A stretch of 64,000 nucleotides of DNA, taken from the NCBI RefSeq assembly GCF_937920985.1, contig NZ_CALDXR010000019.1:31268-95267 (forward strand). Direction: 5' to 3'. The notes beneath the pieces were generated by a model. That model was not told where the DNA came from. It worked only from the letters and a program-made list of their open reading frames with translations, and searched no databases. Positions 20,002 to 28,855 of this stretch are shown here, in pieces. This DNA comes from an uncultured Phascolarctobacterium sp. (GTDB taxonomy: Bacteria; Bacillota; Negativicutes; Acidaminococcales; Acidaminococcaceae). The translations under genes and the position numbers were made by a program. How positions within the stretch are numbered: the stretch's first letter is position 1; the number at the start of each line of letters is the position of its first letter.

Positions 20002-21261
20002 TTATTCTACCGTAGCCGGGTTTTCGTCAACAACCCAAGGCAGGCCGAACTTATTCAGCATATCCATGTACGGATCCGGATCGAATTCTTCCACATTGAA
20101 TACGCCTTTGCCCTGCCATTGCTTAGTAATAACCAGAGCAGTACCGATCATTGCAGGAACGCCGGTGGTGTAGCTGATAGCCTGAGAGCCGACCTCTTTG
20201 TAGCATTCCTGATGGTCGCAGACATTATAAATATAAATGGTCTTTTTCTTGCCATCTTTGGTACCGGTGAAGATACAGCCGATGTTGGTTTTGCCTACGG
20301 TGCGAGGACCGAGGGAAGCAGGATCCGGCAGCAGTGCTTTGAGGAACTGAATAGGAACGATCTCCTTGCCTTCATAGTTAATCGGCTTGGTGGACAGCAT
20401 GCCAACGTTCTCCAGGCACTTCATATGTGTCAGATAGCTTTGACCGAAGGTCATGAAGAAGCGGATGCGTTTTACGCCGGGAATATTCTTCGCCAGAGAT
20501 TCAATTTCCTCATGGTGCAGCAGATACATATCCTTCATGCCTACCTCAGGGAAATCATACTCGCGTTTGATAGCCATAGCCGGGATTTCTACCCAATGGC
20601 CGTTTTCCCAATAGGAGCCGGGAGCAGAAACCTCACGCAGGTTAATTTCGGGGTTGAAGTTGGTAGCAAACGGATAACCGTGGTCGCCGCCGTTGCAGTC
20701 CAGAATATCAATAGTTTCGATTTCATCAAAATAATGCTTCAGTGCATAAGCAGAGAAAACACTGGTAACACCGGGGTCAAAGCCGGTGCCGAGCAGAGCC
20801 ATGATGCCGGCCTGCTCAAATTTTTCTTTATAAGCCCATTGCCAGGAATAATCGAAGTAAGCAGAGAAGCCCTCTTCCTTGCAGCGCTTGTCATAAACTG
20901 CACGCCATGCAGGATCGTCAATGTTTTCCGGCTCATAGTTAGCGGTATCGATGTAATCAACCTTGCATTCCAGGCAGGCATCCATAATAGTCAGGTCCTG
21001 ATAAGGCAGAGCAACATTCAGCACTGCGTCTGGCTGGTAAGCCTTAATCAGCTGTACAAGCTGTTCCTTGCTGTCAGCGTCAACCTGTGCTGTAGTAATC
21101 ACAGTAGAGGTCGTGGGCTGCAGCTTTTCCTTAACTGCGTCACATTTGGACTTCGTACGGCTGGCAATACACAGCTCGGTGAAAACATCACTGTTTTGGC
21201 AGCATTTTGCGATAGCTACGCCGGCAACACCGCCGCAGCCGATTACTAATAATTTACTCAT
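20002..21261 (-). CDS. carboxynorspermidine synthase/dehydrogenase (saccharopine dehydrogenase family)
   Basis: 419 aa. MSKLLVIGCGGVAGV Rossmann N-terminus. Positioned immediately upstream of nspC, as in the alternative spermidine pathway. Confidence 0.8.
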   Translation of the reverse strand: MSKLLVIGCGGVAGVAIAKCCQNSDVFTELCIASRTKSKCDAVKEKLQPTTSTVITTAQVDADSKEQLVQLIKAYQPDAVLNVALPYQDLTIMDACLECKVDYIDTANYEPENIDDPAWRAVYDKRCKEEGFSAYFDYSWQWAYKEKFEQAGIMALLGTGFDPGVTSVFSAYALKHYFDEIETIDILDCNGGDHGYPFATNFNPEINLREVSAPGSYWENGHWVEIPAMAIKREYDFPEVGMKDMYLLHHEEIESLAKNIPGVKRIRFFMTFGQSYLTHMKCLENVGMLSTKPINYEGKEIVPIQFLKALLPDPASLGPRTVGKTNIGCIFTGTKDGKKKTIYIYNVCDHQECYKEVGSQAISYTTGVPAMIGTALVITKQWQGKGVFNVEEFDPDPYMDMLNKFGLPWVVDENPATVE

Positions 21262-21297
21262 AATTCAAATCATCTCCTGTTCATAAATTTAAATCAA

Positions 21298-22152
21298 TTA
21301 TTTTTCTTCTTCTTCCAGCATATCTTCCACATACTTCGGCAGCATAAACGCTCCCTTATGCAGATGCTCGGAATAATACCATGTTTTAATACCACGCTCC
21401 AGCCACTTCTTGGCATCAAAATCCTTCAGCGGATGATATTTCTTAGAAGCAAAGCCAAACAGCCAGTAGCCGGAAGGACAGGTTGGAATATGCGCCTGAT
21501 ATACACGGCTGATAGGGAAGCTGTGGCTGGCCTTGCGGTGCATTGCTCGGCAGGTTTCCTCATCCTCATCGTAGAAGGGACTGCCATGCTGATAAACCAT
21601 GATGCCGTCCTCTTTGAGTGCGCGGAAACAGTTACCATAAAATTCCTTGGTAAACAGGCCCGCTGCATGACCTAAGGGATCAATAGCATCACTGATAATC
21701 AGATCGTATTCATCAACCTTAGTACGCAAAAAACGCAGACCGTTAGCGTTGAAAACAGTTACGCGCGGGTCATCAAGACCGCAGGCGTTGTCTGGAAAAT
21801 AGTCACGGCAGACATCGATAAAAACATGGTCCGTTTCTACTACGTCGATTTCCTCTATTTCATCATAATGCGTCAGCTCGCGCGCTACACCGCCGTCGCC
21901 GCCGCCGATTACCAGTACCTTGCGCACATGCGGATGCACTGCCATAGGCACATGGACAATCATTTCGTCATAAACAAATTCGTCCTTTTCCGAAAAGACT
22001 ATGGTACCGTCACAGCTGATAAAGCGACCGAATTCCTTGGATTCAAAAACGTCTATTCTTTGGAAATCCGTATCCGCACCGAAAAGCTGCTTTTCGATTT
22101 TGATATCCAGCTTCACATCTTCTGTATGATAGTCAGAAAACCATAGCTCCAT
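21298..22152 (-). CDS. speE: spermidine synthase / polyamine aminopropyltransferase
   Basis: 284 aa. MELWFSDYHT..., VLVIGGGDGGVAREL, DLIISDAIDP motifs. Confidence 0.8.
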   Translation of the reverse strand: MELWFSDYHTEDVKLDIKIEKQLFGADTDFQRIDVFESKEFGRFISCDGTIVFSEKDEFVYDEMIVHVPMAVHPHVRKVLVIGGGDGGVARELTHYDEIEEIDVVETDHVFIDVCRDYFPDNACGLDDPRVTVFNANGLRFLRTKVDEYDLIISDAIDPLGHAAGLFTKEFYGNCFRALKEDGIMVYQHGSPFYDEDEETCRAMHRKASHSFPISRVYQAHIPTCPSGYWLFGFASKKYHPLKDFDAKKWLERGIKTWYYSEHLHKGAFMLPKYVEDMLEEEEK

Positions 22153-22165
22153 TTAATCACGTCCT

Positions 22166-23614
22166 TTATACTAGTACATTGATATTATTAACATCCGGAT
22201 CTTCAGGTCCCTGCATGGAGCAACCCTTTTCCTTAGCGTAAATAATATAATCGATAATATCCTTGGTAATAACCTCACCCGGCGCCAAAATAGGAATTCC
22301 CGGCGGGTAGCACATTACAAACTCACTGCAGATGCGTCCCGCAGTTTCGCGTATAGGCAAAGATTCGTCCTTGGCATAAAAAGCCTTCTGCGGCGAAACA
22401 ACAACCTTAGGCGCGATATATTCGGTATTGAGCATTTGCGACGGATCCTTGGAATACAGGCGCTTGATATCCGCCAAAGCACCTACAAGACGTTCAATAT
22501 CCTGAATACGGTCACCGATAGAAATATAAGCAAGAATATTGGCGATATCACCGAACTCAATCTGGATATCATATTCATCGCGCAGCAAATCATAAACCTC
22601 GATGCCTGCAAGACCAATATCACGCGTATAGACCGAAAGCTTGGTAACATCAAAATCATAAATACTGCTGCCGTTTTTCAGCTCGCGTCCGTAAGCATAA
22701 AAGCCGCCGATAGAATTGATTTCCTCACGGGCATATTCCGCCATCTCCTGCACTTTGCCGAAGGATGCCTCACCGCGCATATACAGGTTACGGCGGGAAA
22801 TATCCAAGCTGGAAAGCAGAAGATACGAAGCACTGGTAGTCTGCGTCAGATTAATAATCTGGCTTACATACTCCCAGTTAACATTCGGGCCCGTCAGCAA
22901 AAGGCTGCTCTGCGTCAGGCTGCCGCCTGATTTGTGCATGGAAACAGATGCCATGTCAGCGCCGGCCGCCATCGCATTAACAGGCATATTTTTTCCGAAA
23001 TAAAAATGTGTACCGTGTGCCTCATCTACCAGGCAAAGCATGTTATGCTCATGCGCCAGCTTGACGATAGAACGCAAATCCGAACAGATACCATAATAAG
23101 TAGGATTGTTTACGAGCACTGCCGTAGCATCGGGATTTGCCTTAATCGCCTTAGCTACCTCGCCGATCTCCATCCCCAGAGAAATTCCCAGCTTACTGTC
23201 AACCTGCGGATTGATATAAACCGGAATCGCGCCATTAAGCACCAGCGCGTTAATCACACTTTTGTGTACATTGCGCGGCAGGATAATTTTATCGCCTGCC
23301 TTGCAGGAGGACAACACCATGCTTTGCACGGACGAGGTCGTACCTCCTACCATAAAGAATGCGTGTGCCGCACCGAAGGCCTCCGCTGCCAGCTCCTCTG
23401 CGTCACGGATTACCGAAACAGGATGGCAGAGATTATCAAGAGGCTTCATGGAATTGACATCCAGGTTTACGCATTTTTCTCCCAGCAGCTCGCGAAGCTC
23501 CGGGTTGCCACGACCGCGCTTATGACCTGGTACATCAAATGGTACAACGCGTTTTTTACGAAAACGCTCCAGTGCCTCGTACACCGGAGCAGAAGTTTGT
23601 GATAAATTTCCCAT
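22166..23614 (-). CDS. speA: PLP-dependent arginine (Orn/Lys/Arg family) decarboxylase
   Basis: Track ORF trimmed to ATG 23614 (MGNLSQTSAPVYEAL...) behind GGAGAAG. SMHKSGGSLTQSS PLP-lysine motif. Confidence 0.8.
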   Translation of the reverse strand: MGNLSQTSAPVYEALERFRKKRVVPFDVPGHKRGRGNPELRELLGEKCVNLDVNSMKPLDNLCHPVSVIRDAEELAAEAFGAAHAFFMVGGTTSSVQSMVLSSCKAGDKIILPRNVHKSVINALVLNGAIPVYINPQVDSKLGISLGMEIGEVAKAIKANPDATAVLVNNPTYYGICSDLRSIVKLAHEHNMLCLVDEAHGTHFYFGKNMPVNAMAAGADMASVSMHKSGGSLTQSSLLLTGPNVNWEYVSQIINLTQTTSASYLLLSSLDISRRNLYMRGEASFGKVQEMAEYAREEINSIGGFYAYGRELKNGSSIYDFDVTKLSVYTRDIGLAGIEVYDLLRDEYDIQIEFGDIANILAYISIGDRIQDIERLVGALADIKRLYSKDPSQMLNTEYIAPKVVVSPQKAFYAKDESLPIRETAGRICSEFVMCYPPGIPILAPGEVITKDIIDYIIYAKEKGCSMQGPEDPDVNNINVLV

Positions 23615-23624
23615 TTTCTTCTCC

Positions 23625-23671
23625 AAAGCATAAAAAAATAAAAGGACAGATGATATTTTCTTCTGTCCCTT
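23625..23671 (-). terminator. hairpin plus U-run after ilvB, only ~10 nt from the speA RBS
   Basis: Minus strand GGACAGAAGAAAATATCATCTGTCC followed by TTTTATTTTTTT. Confidence 0.7.
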
Positions 23672-23737
23672 TATCGTAACATTTTTAACCTGTTTCAGCA
23701 AGAGTTTTAAGAGTAACTAAGCAAAATCTTAGCCAAT

Positions 23738-25399
23738 TCAGTTTATCTCATCGTTAGCGAATTTTACAAAATCATTAATTCCCAGTCCCGGAGCTACCAT
23801 CGGGAGCACCATATTTTTAGGATTAATGCAAACCTCTATAAGATAAGGCTTCCTGCATTCCCACGCCTTGGTCACTGCCTGAGCCAAAGCCTCCGGCGTA
23901 TCCGCATGCTCACCTTCAATTCCGAAGGCAGCAGCATATTTTACAAAGTCAACATAGCCCGGCAGCTCGCAGGACGTAAAGCGTTTGGCAAACTGCACCG
24001 TCTGCAGCTGGCGTATCATTCCCAGTCCGCTATTATTGAACACTATAGCGATAACAGGCACATTATTGCTTGCAATAGTAAAAAGCTCGCTGCCTGTCAT
24101 CTTAAAGCCGCCGTCACCGCTTATACTGATGACACGGCTCTGCGGACGCGCCAGCTGTGCGCCCAACGCAGCAGGCAGACCGAATCCCATCGTTCCCAAT
24201 CCGCCGCTTGTCAGCCACTGGCGGGCAAACTGTATCTTCAAATGCTGCGCTGCCCACATCTGATGCTGGCCTACGTCCGTAGTAATAATATAATCCTTGT
24301 CCTTGAGCACCGGATTCAATGCTTTAAAAAACTTGGGCGCCTCCTCATTTCCAAAATCATCGTCCATCCCCGGCCAGGAGTTTATTTTGTCCCACCACGA
24401 GCTCAAATCGTGCGGCTGCGCTGCCTTTTCCAACGCATTCAGCGTTGCCACCATATCTCCAGTGATTCCTATGCCCGAATCAATATTTTTATCTACCTCA
24501 GCAGGGTCGATATCCAAATGGATAATAAGCTTGTTGGCACTATAGCTGCTGCGCTCGCCTGTAACGCGGTCATTAAAGCGGCTGCCAACAGCCAAAATCA
24601 GGTCGGCTTCCTTAACGGCATTATTGGCACGTTCATGTCCATGCAGGCCTGTCATTCCCAAAAACAGCTGTCTGTAGGCACTAATCGCACCAAGCCCCAT
24701 CAACGTGCTGACAACCGGAATATGCAGCTTTTCACACAAATGCATGGCATCATATTCTGCATTGGCATTGATAACGCCACCGCCGACCAGCATTACCGGA
24801 CGCTGTGCCTTATTGATAGCCGCTGCAGCCGCTGCCACACGTTCAGCATCAGGCTCCAACGGCTGCAACTCCGCCAAACGGGCTTCCTCAAAATCTATCA
24901 GCGCCGTCTGCACATCGCGCGGCACATCTACCAACACCGGTCCAGGGCGTCCTTCACGCGCCAGCTGGAAGGCAAGACGCAATGTCTGCGCCAGGTTTTC
25001 CGGCTTTTTAACTAAAAAATTATGCTTGGTAATAGGCATTGTAATACCGGTGATATCTACCTCCTGGAACGCGTCATGGCCGATAAGCGCCCTGTTTACC
25101 TGACCTGTAATGGCCACCACCGGTACGGAATCCAAAAATGCCGTTGCCAGGCCTGTGACCAGGTTGGTTGCACCGGGACCTGATGTAGCTATACACACGC
25201 CCACCTTACCTGAAGCACGCGCAAAGCCGTCTGCCGCATGCGCAGCACCCTGCTCATGCGCCGTTAATATGTGTTGTATCGGACTTTGCCGCAATGCATC
25301 ATAAAAAGGGAGAATCGCACCCCCGGGATATCCGAAAACCGTTGTTACCCCTTCTTCTGCCAGTATTCTGCACATAATCTCTGCGCCGCTTAACTGCAT
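23738..25399 (-). CDS. ilvB: acetolactate synthase large subunit
   Basis: Track ORF trimmed to ATG 25399 (MQLSGAEIMCRILAEEGV...). ThDP motif GDGGFKMTGSEL. The trimmed start removes the overlap with the ilvN stop. Confidence 0.9.
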   Translation of the reverse strand: MQLSGAEIMCRILAEEGVTTVFGYPGGAILPFYDALRQSPIQHILTAHEQGAAHAADGFARASGKVGVCIATSGPGATNLVTGLATAFLDSVPVVAITGQVNRALIGHDAFQEVDITGITMPITKHNFLVKKPENLAQTLRLAFQLAREGRPGPVLVDVPRDVQTALIDFEEARLAELQPLEPDAERVAAAAAAINKAQRPVMLVGGGVINANAEYDAMHLCEKLHIPVVSTLMGLGAISAYRQLFLGMTGLHGHERANNAVKEADLILAVGSRFNDRVTGERSSYSANKLIIHLDIDPAEVDKNIDSGIGITGDMVATLNALEKAAQPHDLSSWWDKINSWPGMDDDFGNEEAPKFFKALNPVLKDKDYIITTDVGQHQMWAAQHLKIQFARQWLTSGGLGTMGFGLPAALGAQLARPQSRVISISGDGGFKMTGSELFTIASNNVPVIAIVFNNSGLGMIRQLQTVQFAKRFTSCELPGYVDFVKYAAAFGIEGEHADTPEALAQAVTKAWECRKPYLIEVCINPKNMVLPMVAPGLGINDFVKFANDEIN

Positions 25400-25430
25400 A
25401 TGCTCACTTCCTTCCGCAAATCTATCTCTC

Positions 25431-25970
25431 TTATATTGCCGCATGCCCATCATCCAAAGGCGGCCATTCAAAACGCGATTTTTCCACAGCCAATGACGTA
25501 TCGCCGCGCTCTAAAGCAACAAGGCCGGTCTGCACCATTTCGGTTACGCCGTACGGGCGCATGACATCAACAAAAGCCCGCAGCTTGCCTTCATCACCTG
25601 TAGCAACAAATATCAATGACTCACCGGTTACATCCACTGCATGCGCACGGAACACTTCCGCCAGCTGCAGCAGCTCCGGACGTTTATTACCGGCCTTTAC
25701 CTTAACCAGAATCATACTGCGGGTAGCACTGGATTTAGGAGGCAGTACCTTGACACGCTCTACCTCAACCAGCTTCGCCAGCTGTTTGGTAACTTGGATA
25801 ATGGTCGGCTCGTCAGCCTCCATCGTCACTGTCATACGTGAGAACTCCGGGTTTTGCGTCGTGCCTACAGCCAAGCTGTCAATATTGAAGCCACGGCGTG
25901 AAAACATACCTGCTACACGCATCAGTACGCCAGGCTGATTACGTACAACAATCGATAAAATCTGCTCCAT
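25431..25970 (-). CDS. ilvN: acetolactate synthase small (regulatory) subunit
   Basis: 179 aa. ILSIVVRNQPGVLMRVAGMFSRRGFNIDSLAVG ACT-domain signature. Confidence 0.9.
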   Translation of the reverse strand: MEQILSIVVRNQPGVLMRVAGMFSRRGFNIDSLAVGTTQNPEFSRMTVTMEADEPTIIQVTKQLAKLVEVERVKVLPPKSSATRSMILVKVKAGNKRPELLQLAEVFRAHAVDVTGESLIFVATGDEGKLRAFVDVMRPYGVTEMVQTGLVALERGDTSLAVEKSRFEWPPLDDGHAAI

Positions 25971-26059
25971 ATCTTTCCCTCCTGCAATAACATGTCTACA
26001 GTTCTGATGCTCTTACAAATCTGTCAGGCTTGCCGGCATCATCTAATCAGTGTTTTTTT

Positions 26060-26088
26060 ATTATTTCAGCAAGCAGTTTTTTTGTCAA
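26060..26088 (-). promoter_or_regulatory. promoter of ilvNB
   Basis: Minus strand TTGACA (26083-26088), 17-nt spacer, AATAAT (26060-26065). Confidence 0.45.
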
Positions 26089-26163
26089 CAGAAAGTGTAA
26101 TATTTGCAAATTATTTTTCGATTGCAGCTTATTAGTGTAAACACTATTACAGATTTCAGTGTA

Positions 26164-26197
26164 CAAAAAAGCCCACGTAGCTATTACTACGTGAGCA
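26164..26197 (-). terminator. second terminator downstream of the tRNA cluster
   Basis: CTCACGTAG...CTACGTGGG hairpin followed by TTTTTT on the minus strand. Confidence 0.7.
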
Positions 26198-26243
26198 GTA
26201 AAACCTCCAACAGCATTCTTTTGTTTAACAGTTGGACCAAATA

Positions 26244-26279
26244 ATCAAAAAGCTCACGCAGCAAATTCCACGTGAGCCT
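26244..26279 (-). terminator. terminator directly after tRNA-Leu
   Basis: GCTCACG...CGTGAGC hairpin followed by TTTTT on the minus strand. Confidence 0.7.
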
Positions 26280-26291
26280 GATTTATAAAGT

Positions 26292-26376
26292 TGGTGCGAG
26301 TGACAGGAATCGAACCTGCACGCCGAAAGGCGCTAGATCCTAAGTCTAGTGCGTCTGCCAGTTCCGCCACACTCGC
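26292..26376 (-). tRNA. tRNA-Leu (anticodon UAG), CCA encoded
   Basis: Reverse complement GCGAGTG...CTAGA-CTTAGGA-TCTAG..., long variable arm, GGTTCGATTCC T-loop, CACTCGC-A-CCA. Confidence 0.9.
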
Positions 26377-26385
26377 ATATAGAAT

Positions 26386-26415
26386 ATTATATCATAACAA
26401 GAACATCTATGGCAA
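26386..26415 (-). promoter_or_regulatory. possible internal promoter for tRNA-Leu
   Basis: Minus strand TTGCCA, 18-nt spacer, TATAAT, lying between the internal terminator and tRNA-Leu. Confidence 0.4.
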
Positions 26416-26428
26416 CTGTCCATGTAAA

Positions 26429-26461
26429 CAAAAAGCCGTCCTTCTTTCGAAGAACGGCCTT
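26429..26461 (-). terminator. hairpin terminator between tRNA-Lys and tRNA-Leu
   Basis: Minus strand AGGCCGTTCTTC-GAAA-GAAGGACGGCT followed by TTTTG. Confidence 0.6.
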
Positions 26462-26468
26462 AAATTCG

Positions 26469-26544
26469 TGGTGATCCACCCGAGACTCGAACTCGGGACA
26501 CCCTGATTAAAAGTCAGGTGCTCTACCAACTGAGCTAGTGGATC
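26469..26544 (-). tRNA. tRNA-Lys (anticodon UUU), CCA encoded
   Basis: GATCCACTAGCTCAGTTGGTAGAGC...CCTGA-CTTTTAA-TCAGG...GTTCGAGTC...GTGGATC-A-CCA. Confidence 0.9.
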
Positions 26545-26546
26545 AT

Positions 26547-26622
26547 TGGCTGGGGCGGCTGGACTCGAACCAACGCATGCGGGAGTCAAAGTCCCGTGCC
26601 TTACCGACTTGGCTACGCCCCA
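26547..26622 (-). tRNA. tRNA-Gln (anticodon UUG), CCA encoded
   Basis: TGGGGCGTAGCCAAGTCGGTAAGGC-ACGGGA-CTTTGAC-TCCCG...GGTTCGAGTCC...CGCCCCA-G-CCA. Confidence 0.9.
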
Positions 26623-26664
26623 AGCTTATTAGTGGTTATTCAGATTCATCCAAATCTGAAAAGG

Positions 26665-26741
26665 TGGGGTGACTGGTGGGAGTCGAACCCACGCGTAACG
26701 GAGCCACAATCCGCCGTGTTAACCACTTCACCACAGCCACC
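26665..26741 (-). tRNA. tRNA-His (anticodon GUG) with extra 5' G, CCA encoded
   Basis: GGTGGCTGTGGTGAAGTGGTTAACAC-GGCGGA-TTGTGGC-TCCGT...GGTTCGACTCC...CCA. Confidence 0.9.
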
Positions 26742-26779
26742 ATCTTGTTTCCAAGCTGAATAGCTTGGCGACGAATAGT

Positions 26780-26808
26780 ATTATACTATATTCCCGGCAC
26801 TGCGTCAA
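26780..26808 (-). promoter_or_regulatory. promoter of the tRNA cluster
   Basis: Minus strand TTGACG (26803-26808), 17-nt spacer, TATAAT (26780-26785), with an AT-rich UP-like tract upstream. Confidence 0.6.
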
Positions 26809-26883
26809 TAGGAAAATTTAATTTTTATAAAAAATTTTACGGCAATCACCGGACATAGTCAAAAATTGCTTTGCAGCAGTTAA

Positions 26884-27258
26884 TTAGCGGCGGGCAATAA
26901 CTTCAATTTCTACATGAGCGCCTTTAGGCAGAGCTGCTACCTGTACAAAGGAGCGTGCCGGCGGCTCAATCTTAAAGGTTTTTGCATAAACAGCATTAAT
27001 AGCATCAAAATTCTTGATGTCATCTACAAAAATAGTAGTTTTTACAACATCCATGAATCTGAAGCGTGCTTCCGTCAGGATAGCCTCAATATTGTCTAAA
27101 ACCTGCTGAGTTTCAGCTTCGATAGAGCTTTGAACCATTTCACCTGTTTCCGGATTGATAGCAATCTGACCGGATACAAACAGAATAGAACCTGCCAATA
27201 CAGCTTGAGAATAAGGACCTAAAGCTTTGGGTGCATTTGTTGTTGCAATAACTTCCAT
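26884..27258 (-). CDS. ridA: RidA family reactive-intermediate (enamine/imine) deaminase
   Basis: 124 aa. TNAPKALGPYSQAV...GQIAINPETGEMV YjgF/RidA signature. Confidence 0.9.
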   Translation of the reverse strand: MEVIATTNAPKALGPYSQAVLAGSILFVSGQIAINPETGEMVQSSIEAETQQVLDNIEAILTEARFRFMDVVKTTIFVDDIKNFDAINAVYAKTFKIEPPARSFVQVAALPKGAHVEIEVIARR

Positions 27259-27282
27259 GATTAAAGTCTCCTTTGCTATTTT

Positions 27283-28170
27283 TTATTTACGGGCAAAGTA
27301 TTTTGCTGCCCACTCTATAGCCGAAGGCGTTGCGGCCATACCGCCGCCTGCGGTTTCCTTCAAAGCACAGGGAAGTGCATCCCCCACGCTCTTCATGGCA
27401 TCAATTGCTTCATCAGCATTAATAAAGCTGCTGATTCCGGCCAACGCCAGCTCTGCTGCCAACAGCGCCTGCAAAGCACAGGCTCCGTTACGTTTAATGC
27501 AAGGTACTTCTACCAGGCCTGCCACAGGATCGCAAACAAGGCCCAGCACGTTTTTAAAAACGACTGCTACTGCCGTACCTACCTGCTGCGGTGTGCCGCC
27601 CAGCATAGAAACCGCAGCACCTGCTGCCATCGCTGCAGCACTGCCGCATTCTGCCTGACAGCCACCCATAGCACCTGCCAGAGAAGCGCGCTCGTTGATT
27701 ACCATACCGATACTGCCGGCAACCACCATACCGCGCTGCAAGGTTGCAGCATCCAGTCCGCAGTGCTTTTTCATGGTGAAGAACACTCCCGGAAGTACGC
27801 CGCTGGCACCTGCGGTAGGAGCAGCAACTATACGGCCCATAGCCGCGTTGCATTCACCAACTGCTGTAGCATAGATAACGGCGTCCAAAGCCTTCTCGCC
27901 CAAAAGATTGACAAAGCCTTCGGCGCCTGCAGCTGCAGCCAGCTTTTTGGCATCACCGCCGGTCAGACCACTGTGCGAGCGGACACCTGATAAACCATGC
28001 TCTACTGATTTCTCCATGACGTCCAGCATTTCCTGCATCTTCGCCAATAAATCTTCCTGACTGCATTCCAGCTCGCGCATATTGTAGTCTATGAGAAATT
28101 CGTCTAATGGTTGCTGCCATTCAGCAGCCTCTTTAATCCAGCTGTTCAAAGACAGCATTTCTTTTTTCAT
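27283..28170 (-). CDS. sdaAA: L-serine dehydratase, iron-sulfur type, alpha subunit
   Basis: Track ORF trimmed to ATG 28170 (MKKEMLSLNSW...) behind AAGGGG. GGCQAECGSAAAMAA cluster-ligand region. Confidence 0.85.
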   Translation of the reverse strand: MKKEMLSLNSWIKEAAEWQQPLDEFLIDYNMRELECSQEDLLAKMQEMLDVMEKSVEHGLSGVRSHSGLTGGDAKKLAAAAGAEGFVNLLGEKALDAVIYATAVGECNAAMGRIVAAPTAGASGVLPGVFFTMKKHCGLDAATLQRGMVVAGSIGMVINERASLAGAMGGCQAECGSAAAMAAGAAVSMLGGTPQQVGTAVAVVFKNVLGLVCDPVAGLVEVPCIKRNGACALQALLAAELALAGISSFINADEAIDAMKSVGDALPCALKETAGGGMAATPSAIEWAAKYFARK

Positions 28171-28180
28171 GCTGCACCCC

Positions 28181-28846
28181 TTACAAAACACTGGCGATAA
28201 AACGCACCGATTCTATCTGCTGCAGCGCGCTGATAAGATTGATAATCTCCTGCGGCACTGCCTCATCACATTCAATAACCATAGATGCCATGCCACCCTT
28301 GTCGCTGCGGAACAAGCGCATTGTAGCGATATTTACGCCGGCATTGGCCAATGTACTGGTAACCAGCGCAATAACACCTCTGGTATCAATATGCACTGTC
28401 AAAATAGCAGGCAGGCGTCCAGTGAGCTCCACAGGAAAGCCGTCAATTTCCGTAACCTGTACCTGACCGCCGCCAACAGAAGAACCGACGATATCACAAC
28501 GGGCACCATTTTCTGCAGTCAGCTTGAAAAGTACAGTGTTGGGATGAGCCTTATTGCCCAAATCAATTTTATGATAAGAATATTCTAAGCCATTTTTCTC
28601 CGCATAGCTGTCAGCCTGCGGAATGCGTTCATCATCCGGCAGCCAGCCCATCAGGCCGGCAAGCAGCGCCATATCCGTGCCGTGTCCCTTATAGGTTTCG
28701 GCAAAGGAGCCATGCAGATAAATTTCTGCCTTTACCGGCTTATCGCCAAGAATACTGGCGGCCAAAAGTCCCAGACGAACAGCACCGGCAGTATGCGAGC
28801 TGGAGGGACCTATCATCACCGGTCCGATAATATCCAAAATACTCAT
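28181..28846 (-). CDS. sdaAB: L-serine dehydratase, iron-sulfur type, beta subunit
   Basis: 221 aa. MSILDIIGPVMIGPSSSHTAGAVRLG N-terminus and a C-terminal ACT-like domain. Confidence 0.85.
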   Translation of the reverse strand: MSILDIIGPVMIGPSSSHTAGAVRLGLLAASILGDKPVKAEIYLHGSFAETYKGHGTDMALLAGLMGWLPDDERIPQADSYAEKNGLEYSYHKIDLGNKAHPNTVLFKLTAENGARCDIVGSSVGGGQVQVTEIDGFPVELTGRLPAILTVHIDTRGVIALVTSTLANAGVNIATMRLFRSDKGGMASMVIECDEAVPQEIINLISALQQIESVRFIASVL

Positions 28847-28855
28847 AAAGCACCT

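Noticed and set aside
22166-23701. Longer N-termini proposed by the ORF track for speA, ilvB (to 25471), sdaAA (to 28191), the symporter (to 30862), cupin (to 34893), rbr (57313), sirC (58119), cobA-hemD (60864), the AAA ATPase (50580), the M23 peptidase (54798) and others
   Set aside because: The downstream starts have proper RBSs, remove overlaps with the upstream genes and restore canonical family N-termini.
25971-26059. T-box or leader-peptide attenuator upstream of ilvNB
   Set aside because: The leader is only ~85 nt. It has no T-box sequence, no specifier hairpin and no Val/Leu/Ile-rich mini-ORF.
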